Shown piece after piece: positions 12,365 to 30,700 of a stretch of DNA of 64,000 bases (position 1 is the stretch's first letter; every line of letters starts with the position of its first letter). The translations under genes were made by a program, and so were the position numbers. The notes beneath the pieces are model-generated. The model was not told the origin of the DNA and made no database searches. It worked only from the letters and a program-made list of their open reading frames with translations. The stretch lies in assembly GCA_963924565.1 (NCBI GenBank), contig OZ004615.1:16058001-16122000 (forward strand). Direction: 5' to 3'. Source of the DNA: Ascidiella aspersa. Its lineage: Eukaryota.

Positions 12365-13685
12365 ACTTAAGGTTTTACTTTTGTTAGTGATTTCCTATCT
12401 ATATATGTCACTGGTTTACGTTACATAAAACATGTGAGCCAAGTTTCTGTGTGCTATAGCCGAGTATTCGGTCGTTCCTTGTCAGAAACAACACACAACA
12501 TTGTAAATTGGCTGTATGTGCTCGCGACGCACCTGGAAGACTTCCATGGCGCACCAGTGCACCGCGGCGCACCGGTTGAGAAGCGCTGTACTAATGCATA
12601 AATAACGTGGTCGAACAACATAACTTCCAACGTCGAATGTACGCTGTCCGGAACCACACCTTTACGTAAAAATTCATGTTGAATATATAATAACGGTCAT
12701 TGAACAACGCAATTTTTAACGTCTATAGTGAAGTCGACACTTTTACATGAGATATCGTCTATGATTAGGCTTGACATTTTTTAGAAACGTAAATACGGGA
12801 CGCGTATTGAAAACTGCAAATAAACTTAATGTAGACCTAATACAAAATAATTTAATTCAACTAATTAACTTAACGGGGTGGCTTTGTCAGGGAGTATTTT
12901 CAGGGCCCTATTTTTAAGGGTGGTTTGTCTAAGTGATTTAAATTGTAACCGAAAGTAATGTTCTGTATTGTGGATAAAATGAGTGTAACTGCCTTCTACA
13001 ATTAAAGTAGGGTAACTGCCTTCTACAATTAAAGTAGATGCGGCAAAAGCTGCAACAATATTAGGCGGTACATGTTGGCAAAGGCGCTGTGTCCATAACA
13101 AATTCGTATTCCCCGGACCAAATCAACCTCAAGCATAGATTAAACAAAATGTAATATTCCATCAAGCTGGCCTCTCAAAACTATTAAATGTTATGTTTTA
13201 CTCTGCGTCATTTGCTTGAGCCGCGTGTTATTGCCGATGACTTGAAAGGGTAATTTACCATGTTACGAAAAAGTAATGTTACGGATATCGTACCTGGCTT
13301 AAGTGCTAAATAATGTGTAAAGTGGTAAACATTTTACTTATTTCTAAATAAAACATTTTAATTTCTTTAGTCGTTAATTCCTATACAGCATATGTGTTGG
13401 TCGCCCCTTGACTATTTTTTTGCTTATTGTGCCTGAAATGGGTTAACTAAATGCTTCCCCGCCAATGGAGTCACATTCTTAGCCAGTGTGGAAGCAGTGA
13501 TTAATCGAATGGCGTGGTATAAATTATCGCATTTCTCTGCGTGACTGTGAAACATCTAATTGTTCGTCTTCGCAAACTAAAATTTTACATTTTGTTGAAA
13601 CAAAATTGCAAATTATGCGTGCTTATTTTGAAATGAAGTGTGGAAATACACAACGGCTAATTAGCACGTTAAACATCTTTCACGT

Positions 13686-14030
13686 CAGTGCTCGCCAACC
13701 GATGTGAACGGTTCATCTAGGGTGCACCCAAATATACATGGGGAGCACCAGTACGAAAAGGTATAACTTTTAATGAACCATTAATATTTGACATTCAGGA
13801 TAATATAAAATAGATGTAGGTTTCACTAATGTATAAATGAACCTCTGTATTTCTTCAAAATGCTGATGCGGCAGCTACGCTCGATTTAATTTGCATGATG
13901 ATACTGATATGTATACCGTAATAATGTTTAATTTCTCTTTTAATCCCAGTTTACCTCAAATAAACAGGGTGCCTGAGTTCGTCAAACAACTTTAGGGGTT
14001 CACCAAACCAAAAAAGGTTAAAGAGCACTG
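13686..14030. mobile_element. hAT-type MITE
   Basis: TIRs CAGTGCTCGCCAACC / GGTTAAAGAGCACTG; TSD tttcacgt/ttttacgt (7 of 8 match). Confidence 0.75.
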
Positions 14031-15074
14031 TTTTACGTTACGAAAACCAGCGACATATGTCAATAGGTAGCCACTCACTAACGTAAAACCTTAAGTTGTA
14101 TAGCAGCCATTGTTCGCATTGCGTAATATTCAGCATATACGTAATCCTGGTACCATGCTGCGTCCAACGTAAGTAAAATCTTGTTTGAAACTGAAAACTG
14201 TTTACGGTTAAAACCGTTGCATTACATGCGATGTTTTACGAACTCTGTCTAAATTTTGCGCGACAAAATAATTTAAGAAGTTCTTAAACCTAAAAGTAAT
14301 TAATTTTAATTAAGGCAATCACCTAATTTGATTTTTATTTCCACGGAAGTGATTGCTATTAATTTTATTTATACAATGCAACAAAGTATGTAACCAAAAC
14401 GTTTGCCAACTGGATTTTAGCTGCCTACTTACTTACGTCATTGTCGCCAACTCAAAACAAATAGGCCTATCCTGGATCCACCCTGTTTCGTATAGTGGTT
14501 TTACCCTCCAATAACTCTGAAAAGAGTATTTTGGGCCGCGACAAGAAAAGTTTGCCGACCACTGGTTTATCGTTTTATATTTACGTCGTGGACTTGCTCT
14601 CATAATGGCTTTACTTGAAAAAAGAAATGACTTTTGGACTTTTGTTATTTTTCAAATAACTTGTTTGCAACACTGTCGAGGAGTTAACTAAAACATCCAA
14701 ATTTTGAGTCAGTTGACATTTTCCTTATACATTGTAGCCTAACTGCTAAAAGCTTTGTTGTGTTTGGTATTGCTAATTGAATAAAGATACAGGATGTCCG
14801 TTTCACAGTCATACTAGGGCACTAGACTAACCCTATCTACAGCTCTCTCGAAAACACCACACTTTCCTAAAATTACTTGGCCGACGTCACGTTATGCCGT
14901 TAAATGTAACATCATATGTTAAGATTTATATCCCTGTTATTGTAAACAAATCATTTTAAAATGATATAACTTCAAGTCATCACCAAATGATGAGTTTCCA
15001 ACTAAAAATAGTCCAAGTCATTGCGATACAAGTCAAATCCAAGTCACGTCATTGGCATGCTTAAATGTTTAAAC

Positions 15075-15602
15075 CAGGTGTGGGCAACGTGCGGCCCTTC
15101 ACGTTCTTCCAGTTTTTTTCCCTAAATAAGGCTATGAGTGTGCACCATGTTGGGACTTTTGTTCTATCAGTTTCCTGTTTGAAGTGCGATGTAACCCATA
15201 GGCTACACCGCTACAGTCGCTACACTAATATGCAGTTGAACTCGAATGGGAAGCATCTATTACAAAACAATCTTTATTCATAAAGTTGTACTTTTGTCAC
15301 GTTGTTATGATAAAGCATATTGCTAAGATGTTATGTTTAACAGCTGGTTTTGAATTAAAGCTGTTAATTAAATTGTACTGAGCCGATCCGTACGAGAAAG
15401 GCGTCATTGGAATTGTAGGAAAAGTTATTTCCGAATCCACAAGTAGACAGCTCCGACAAAACTGCCGTAGTTACAGACTAGAAGTTCATTAGTTTTTCTA
15501 GTAAAAGCTGAAATATGAATAAGTGTTTATTTGATGTGCGGCCCTCCTGTAAGAATTACATTTGTTTACTGACCCTTGTGTTAATAAGATTGCCCACCCC
15601 TG
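15075..15602. mobile_element. hAT-type MITE
   Basis: TIRs CAGGTGTGGGCAA / TTGCCCACCCCTG; perfect 8-bp TSD GTTTAAAC. Confidence 0.85.
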
Positions 15603-16601
15603 GTTTAAACTGACAAAATCCGAACTCGTTCCGTTTTGAGTATCATTTTGCATCTTAGCAAGTTTTGAGTTTAATTATAATAGTTTACGTAAAACCCAAT
15701 TTTCATTCAATATAAGGTATATGTGTCAATGACCTTTAAAGTAAACCAAGTGGATTGCGTTGATGTCGTCACTGGCAAGCTGTGATGAGTCACCGAGTTA
15801 ATCAAACTGGACCGCCGCTGTTGATAGGTAAACAAAGGAGGGCGTTCGCAACCACAGCTCAAAAAATTAAACTGACTTCCTTAAGGTTCCTCTACAATTC
15901 ATGAAACTCGATTGTAGGGGTAATTAAATTAAAATGCTGGGTTTAATGGCCAATCAAGGTTATCGCAAATTGAGGGCTTTTGGCTTCTCAAATGCGTTCC
16001 TCACAACCCATAGGACGCTGTGCCATCGCGCGAGGTTGAATTGCCCACTAAAGGAACTGCAGTCCCGGCTTCTTTCCGCTCCAATTCAAATTATTGTTCC
16101 ACGCGACAACGCGCATGTGACGGTTCTGTGTCGGCGACGTGGCATCCACACAATATAAAATTGCCTGTACGGAAAGGAGGCTTATAGATCAGATGTCAGA
16201 GTGCCTTTTCGCCATAAAACGGTGTTTCGACAGATATGTAGCGTGCCACACCGTCATTTTTGCATGTATTTTTAATAGAGTCGCATCTGTATAGCGAAAG
16301 CGCGTTTGCTCTTCCATAGAGTGTGATGCCAGATGCTGCCTGTAAACAGTTCAAATAGTGAAACGTCGCAGATGGTGTAAATTTGAATTCCCCTGTAGAG
16401 CAGGCCATTAAAAAAAAAAAGAATCTGAGGTACTTGTACCAGAACAGCTAATTGTGAAAACATGGTGTTCAGTAGATATCTAAGTCATTTACATTTAAAT
16501 ACCTTTAGGCTGATTCGATGCAGAGCTTAATCAATGTAATATTTGCTTTTCCAGGCTGATTTTCTTCAATTTTTATTTTTTTTTGTACCATTTTCTTCAA
16601 A

Positions 16602-22884
<6,283 letters not shown>

Positions 22885-25487
22885 AACACACGTAGCCAAG
22901 CTTGTTAGTGGCACACAGATTTGATAGGGGCCAACTTTATAGGTTATTATTATCAGAACGCCTATAAATGCATTGCAAAAAACACAACCCATTTGGTTGA
23001 TAAAAACCTATATAATATAATAGAGTGCAAATACACTTTATGGTGCAAAGGATTTTTCCAAATGGTTTTATACGCAACACTCTTTGATGGCAGTCGAATC
23101 GTAGGGATATTTGTGTTTTTTTACTCTACATACTTCACCACATCACTTGCTTCTGGTAAGTATCTTCAAAGATTTGTCGTAAGAATGCAGTAATATCATC
23201 ATTGTGATTACTTTTATGTTTTTATACATAGATACTGGCTTTAGTTAAATACCAAAATTTTAGATATTTTTTAGAATTTCGTTAAAAACGATTTTTACTG
23301 TATATTTTAAATATTTTTATGCAGATATATTAGGTTTTAAGGACGGCGAAAAATTTTACGGCGAATATTTTTATCGAAAAGACTTAAACAAATTTTCACA
23401 CAATTTATTGCATTACAAACCTTAGAATTTAACTTTACCTAAACTAGCAAACCAAAGCTTTTACCTTATGTCGCGTCAGCAGGATTTAATTTGTTTACAC
23501 AAGCACACGTGTTACTCAACAATGTGCAAAACAAGATGTTAACATCTCTTTTTATGCACTGAACGCCATCTATCTCAAAAAAAGTAATTCATAAAACGAA
23601 ATATAGTCCAAAAGTCTCAAAACTAAAATAAATAATTGTAATGCGATTCGCTGTACAAATTTTTTTGGCATTTTTTCGAACAACTATAGTTTAAAAAAAT
23701 CCATCAGTTAAATTTGCCGTAAACGGAAATTTCAATGCTCGGCAGTATAGCGTGTCATTTACTGAACAAAGTTTCGTTGTGGTTACATCCTATAAGCTCC
23801 TAATGCACTACGTCGTTTAAAAGATAACCCTATATAATATGTATAAATAGTAATATTAAAAAAATAGCTCCTCTGGTAAATTCTTTGGTGCTCCCAATGT
23901 TATGTTTTGTTCGACGTAAGCAAGCCGTGAATGACATTGAACCCAATGAAGGCGATATGTGTACTGCGTCAAAACTTTGGGAAAAATAAAATGAATTGCC
24001 AGAGCAGCAAATTTCATTAATATTATGTTTCTTAAGAAATGTTTTGATGTAACTAGTTTTGTTTGTATTTGTTTCAAAACAAAGGCCGAAGTCGTTTTTT
24101 TGGTAAGGCCGACCGACGCGATTATAATCTGGAATCACTATATGCACAAGGCCGAAAGCCGTAAAACATGGTGCGTAAATGTTTGCCACAATTCCTCAGT
24201 CGCCAATCTCATTTTTTGTTTACTCCAATTCCTATCACTGGTTTACTATTACAGTAAATTTGTTGGACCAATACTCTTACAAACAAAACTTACTAAGCAG
24301 TTAAAACTGGATTTTGAAGCACTCCAGATGGAAAACTAACCTTTTAGCTTTAAACTGTGCGGTTGCGATGGTAAATTTCAGATGCGTGAAATACGTGTTT
24401 CTTCATGCAGAAAGTTATTTGTCGTATCGTGCTTTTTTGCTTGATTCCTTTCTCTTTCACAGCAAAGTAAGTTAGTGTGCTGTAACAAATCCGTGTTTTC
24501 TTCAAAGCCATAATTTATATTTACCGTATCTTCAACGAATGAAAATTTCTTACTGTTTCTTCAAAAGAATCGAAGCAATTTTGTTACTGTTTTCTGTCTT
24601 TCTTCAATAGACAACTTTTTGTATTTTACGCGCTTAAAAGTTGTCTTGAGAGTATATTTTAGTCGTAGTTTTTCATTGCATTTTTCACACGTCAACTATA
24701 TCCGGTACATGCTATACCTGTATTTACGTATTCAGTCGTATTGCTTTGCGTTGTCTTTGTTACTTCCCAGTCAGTTTATCACATAAAATATCTTTAAAAT
24801 ATCGAAACCCTGTCATTAATCTGCTTCCTGCATAGCATCCTTTTAAACGTTTATTTGGAGTAAAGATGGGGAATTAATTAATTATTACAAAAGATGGCAA
24901 CAAACTATACTTTTGCTTGCTTGATCTCGGCCCAAATAGCAACGTTAAATGTACTTAGATATACAGAATAAGTGCCTAAATTGTTTTTAGGGGGAAAGAG
25001 TTTCCATTGTTATTGAAATATTTAGGTATATTTAAACTTCTTAAATCTACATTAAGTGTACTAAAACTAAATCCACGATCGATTTACCTTGGATGTGTCA
25101 TATTTGCTTTTGTACAGCAGCGGCCTCTGGTATAAATGCACGAAAAAAATAGAAATATATTGGCTACTATTGTTTTGGGGAACGTATATTGAAATTTATT
25201 GGTGAAAAACAATAGTGAAATAGCTCAACAAGCAACCTTCGGTTCAACATAATTTATTCTCAAAATGTGTGCCCGGTCCACTAGTGAAGTTCATAAGCGT
25301 GCGAAACTTTTTCTTATGAAGGCAATGTACTTTGTTTACGCACTATAGTGAATCGCTGGCCCAGCAAATTAACAATGCAAAATAGCCGTTTTTGGCATAG
25401 GATTTTCGCCAAAAAATTTTAACGCGATCCTCGGTCTTCGGGTCACAAGGAAGACTAAGTAAAACTACCCGAGTTTTGAGACCATCG

Positions 25488-25499
25488 TGCGCATGCGCA
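25488..25499. promoter_or_regulatory. Perfect NRF-1-type palindrome TGCGCATGCGCA
   Basis: Exact 12-bp consensus in a locally CpG-rich intergenic patch. Function is not demonstrated. Confidence 0.4.
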
Positions 25500-27711
25500 G
25501 TAACGAATTTCGAAAATGATTACACCACAAACTGTAAATTGTAAAGGTCGAATAGCATATGATAGAATTTGCCCACAAAGTATTGAGGATGGATGAGTGG
25601 ATTGCTTAATATCCAACTTTAGTTACGTAAAATGGATAAAAAATTGTCCAGCTTTAGTTGTGTAAATGGATAAAAAATAGGCTGTATTGGATAAACGAAC
25701 CGGACTCTTAGACTATAGGAAATCGGATTCAGGTTGTTTTTCACCGTCTCCACAGTTCTGTCACTGAATATAGAATGCAGCGGGATGCACAGCGCCTTTG
25801 ATATGATCGAGTTAACGCGAAACGGACTTAAACACGGCTAAAACTTTTCTTTGTATTAACATATTAAAAGTTGGCGAAAAAAGTAGTTGGGGGCTGGGGC
25901 ATTGCCTGGTGCCCCAACTAAATCAGCCCCTGCTCACAGCATTTTTAGGAAGCACTGTTTTTCTTATTCCAGCATCATTTGATTTTAAATTAAAAAATAA
26001 GTAAGTCAACTAATGGTCTATGTATATGCAACTTTTTTCTGTAAAATTTAATTTTGTGAATAATTGTTAAAACATGCCTTAATTAATTCAATATAAATGG
26101 GATCGGTTTCCAAGTAACCGATCTAAAATTCGGCATCGTTCTCGATCTTTGTCTAATTTTCAGACAAACTAAAAGTATGCTTCTAATTCAGGCGTGTAGC
26201 CTACAACTTTTTAATGAGGCCCGCGATGTAATAACAGTTTTCGTTTAATTGGTTCAATTTTGAATTAGTGCGAAGTTGTGCATTGGTGATCAGTGCTGAT
26301 CAATGACCTTACACAGAAGGAGGGGTCAACAGACTAAGGTTCCACAAACTATATTTTTTTCCAACTAATCTACTTTTGCCAACTTTGCAAATTTTACCTT
26401 TTTCGGTTTTTACCATCGTGCAATTTCTGTCAAATCTATATAGAAATTCCATTATTTTAAACGATATGCGAACGTCAGTACAAACCGTTATCCGGCCAGC
26501 GGATTTTTTTGCTTGTTGCGGTCCTTATGCAACTTTTAGATGTGGTAATGGTACGGTATTAGACTTTTTAGACTTTTATAAGACAAAGTTTTCGAAACTT
26601 GATATTCAAAGTAAACTCATAACTGTATAGTCTAACTTGTCTCATTTTTCTACTTTTTCTTCCTGCAAAAATATAGCACAACGTTTTTATTTGCCCAGCT
26701 TGATATTTTGTTATTGAGTGAAAATACATTTCATTACAAACGAAAGCGCGACAAATATATAAATACATCAAATACAAGATTAACATAAAGCATCTGCAAA
26801 TATAAAACTTTAACCAATCAAAACGAATGCAAGCCACAATAAGGGTCATAGATGTTACTTAACAATATGTTGACATAAAAATTGAATATAATGAATTACA
26901 GTTGTTTGTGTTATAGTATGTTTGCCCATGAGACATAATATTCATATTATTAATATTGTGATAGTGATAAAAACAAATGGCAGGCAATGTGATAAAGTTC
27001 AAGGCACATAAGAGGAAACTGATTTAAGTACGTGAATAAATGAGTTATATAGTATAAAAGTTAAGCATAAATAAAATAAACGAAAGGCACAAACATGAAA
27101 AATGACTATTGCATAAAAAGAAAGATAAGGCAGTAAAATATAGAGGCAAATAAGTACAAAGAAAAAGTATGACAAAACGCTAGTATGCTGTTTTAGGGGA
27201 TTAAATATAGACAACACGTTTAACCAGAGATTCGCTGATGTCATTTTGAAAAGTTACTTCGTGTTTACTTTTAAGTCGTGCACTGGCGAGAGAAATTAAA
27301 GTTATATTAAAATTTAATGACTTTGGGCGGTGTATTGCAGCCTTCATGAAATAGCGCGCTCTTTTGTTATGTATGCTGGGGTGGTTTTGCATCCGGACTC
27401 CGCTTACAGATGTCTGTTGACCGTTGTTTGTCGTTACTGGAGTTTGTGCTTTGCTTTTGGATAAAATACCCATCGGTCGTTTTCGAGTGAAACCAACTTC
27501 ATAGTGAATGGTGATGTATTCATCGAAACGTTCGTTTTCGCACGAAAACTGTACGCCGCAAGGTTTTATCGTTGTTACGTGACACGATACCGGCGGCAAC
27601 ATTCTTTGGTGAGTTTAGAAAAAAATCGAAACCTTCGTACATAGAAGCCTTTTCGGGATACTGTTTCGCACTGAAAGCTGTTCGAAATTTTGCTTTTTTG
27701 TTTGTCTCCGA

Positions 27712-30700
27712 CTAGTCCACCCAAGTATTCTTACGATTTACTGGTTTAACAGCGTCACTTGTATTTGAAGCGGGTGCGACTTCCTGAGTATGGTTGTTGC
27801 TTATCTGCGCAGATCGTCTTTTAGTAATTCGCCTTTTACGTGCTGCAGAGAACTTTTCCATTGGTGGAACAGGTTCTTTTGGAATTTTGGGAGTGATCGG
27901 TCGGATGTGTTGATCAACATTTACTGTGGATGACGACCTTTTTTGAAGTAAAAATGGAACTTCTAAGGTTTCACCTGTAGTTTTTATCGTTTTGTTACAT
28001 GGCTGAGCATATTGCCTGTTTTTCATAAGCCGTTTCCGTGCTTTAGATATATCGTCAACTAATATTGGAGTAGGTTCTTTTGATTTGTTAATGTGCGTTG
28101 TTGAGGGGGATTCATCTTTTTCAATTGGCACACGGATTTGTGAGTTTTCTGTTGACTTTTCTTTGTCTTGATTTGATTTCTGCAAAGTTTGTCGTTGTAA
28201 AATTCTCCTTTTTCGCGCTGCAGAAATCTCCTTGCTTTGCTTTGGTGGCGTCGGGACTTTGAATTTATTGATGATATTAGACTTGGTAGAACATTGCGCG
28301 TTTTTTATCGGCACAAGCAATGGTGTGTTCAATTTTGGAGCTTCTTTGTCTTGGTGCGATTTAGGCCAATTTTGACGTTGAAAAATTCTACCGTTTAGCA
28401 TTTCAGAACTATCTTTGCTTTGTTTTGGCGGCTTAGGTGCCTCGGAATGATTGATGATTTTATTCTCAGCGGAAGATTTGTCAATTTGATTTAGCACGGC
28501 ATTCTCCAAGTTCTCCAAAACTTTCCGCCCCTTGCTTACATTGTGCACAGCGGATTGTCGCTTGATGATTCTTCTTTCACGTGCCGCAGACAAACGTCCC
28601 GTCCTGCTTGGTGGAACAGGTTTTTTCGGCTTACTGCAGCTGTTTATTTCCTGATTCTCATATTGTTTTTCGGTTAAACGGTTTCCATCACACGGCTCTT
28701 CTTGCTTTAAAGCGACCATTGCCGCTTGTTTGCGTGTTAAAATTTTGTGATTAGCAGTATATAGGCCAGCTTCTAGCTGTTTTGTTGTTTGTGGTTTTAC
28801 TGTATTGACGTTTCTGCTCTTCGATATAGCATTCTTGTCTACCAGTGTTTTGTGATTTGGAATTGCGAAGCTTTCATCACTCCTGTTGTCACGGATTTCA
28901 ATTGGGATCCAACACTTGGAATCGAACGTATGCTTTTTTAAGACCGATGATTCTTTATCTGTGTTGTAAAAAATATTTCAAATTCAAACAAAAAAAATAC
29001 ATACATTGATATACACTTATGAATATTTTAATCAATTTGTGAATAATTAAACTGAATGCCGGTTTACAAACGACAAGATTTATTCGACTAACTTGATTTA
29101 TTCAGAAATTTGTTTAATTGACAATTTTTTTCACAAAAACGACAGATGATATGTGTATGTCAGTGACTCTTAATTCATTGGGTAATATAGGTACACCCTA
29201 TTTTTGGCTCTGAAGACTTTGTGCCCCCTGTTTACGTATTAAAATACGTCACACAAAACAAATAATTAGGTTAAAAAACGCAGTGGCACCTGGATGCTTT
29301 GGGTATTTTTCTTTAATTTGTACAACTTTCTGTTTGAACTCGTCGTGTTTTAGGGTAGCTGGGACAAGTGGAACAACACAGGGCCCTAATAAATAAAATT
29401 AATTGCATTATAAAATAAAACAGACTTCTTTATATCTTCATGTTGCGTGCATCAATCAAATATTATTTTTTTAAACAAAATAAACTTGAATTGCAAATGT
29501 TAACACGTACCGATTATAGGTGAGTGTCGTTTGTTGAACAATCGCAAAGGTTGCTCTTTGACTATGTTTTTAGCGTTCGGTAACTTTTGGCTTTTAGATG
29601 AGTGCTGATGGTTACTATCCACAGCTTGCCCTATCAAAACAAAATTCGTTAAAAATTGGTCATATACTTACGTTGTTATACAAAAAACAGGCCCACCGTT
29701 ATCATGGCAAAGTTTTGATCTTGTTTGTATGTTGTTTAGCTTTTGCATGTCTTTTCGAGCAAAATTCTGTAAAGGTAAATAAAAGTAGGTGTTATCAAAC
29801 GAAAATACAGAAAATAGAAAAATAATAAGATTTTAACAAACGAGACAAAAATTGAAACCACCTTAAACAACTTTGCTTGGCTGTTAATCTTATCATTCAT
29901 GTTGGTCTGAACATTGGCGCTCTAAGAAAGAAGAAAATACTGAATACCAACAAAGTCACAAATATTAGTAGCTATGTGTTACCTTTGGTTGATGTACACT
30001 TGGAGTTCTAGCCTTGATTTTTGTCGGACACGGCCCATAAGGTCGACACTATAAAAAAATGGTTGATTAGAACGGATGCAAACAATTAAGTCAAAGTTAT
30101 TTTCTGGCGAATTACTGACATGCTCTAATTGAAGGTCATCAATTAAAAGTTCGTAGGATTCGCTTGGACATTTCGGAAGTGGTCGATATATTTCTGTTGT
30201 AGGATTGGTGGGGTTTTTAGAAGAATTGTGATTTTTGCTCTGAGGATTTTCACTTCCTCCTTTGGCTGAAAGTAAAATTAGAAACATTAAATCCGTTTTT
30301 TTATTAATTTTGTGATACTTAACTGAGCGACGAGGTTTGGTGGAAACCACAGATCTGAGATAGAGACACAACGAACATAGTGATTGGCATTCTGTCGATG
30401 TGAAATCTGTCGATCTCAGACGCAGAATACCAAGTGTAGTATCAACAAACAACGGGAAATCAAGCCTTGATACAACACCAAAAACATAACAATTAGAATA
30501 TTATAGTAAAGCATACACTACCCACTGCTGTCAAACACTTACAAACAACTTTTTCAAAACGATTAGATTTATTCTCTGAAATATATTAATCAAAAACTAA
30601 AATTACAAATGGCTTTGCGTGTATATTTACATCTATTGTTCGGCGTTTACCTGTTACAGAGATCTTATCTGCTTCAATTGATTTTTTTTCTTTCAGTTTC

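Noticed and set aside
12984-13040. Short local duplications (here, and at about 4055-4105, 10965-11000 and 25610-25680)
   Set aside because: These are ordinary slippage or repair duplications with no further structure.
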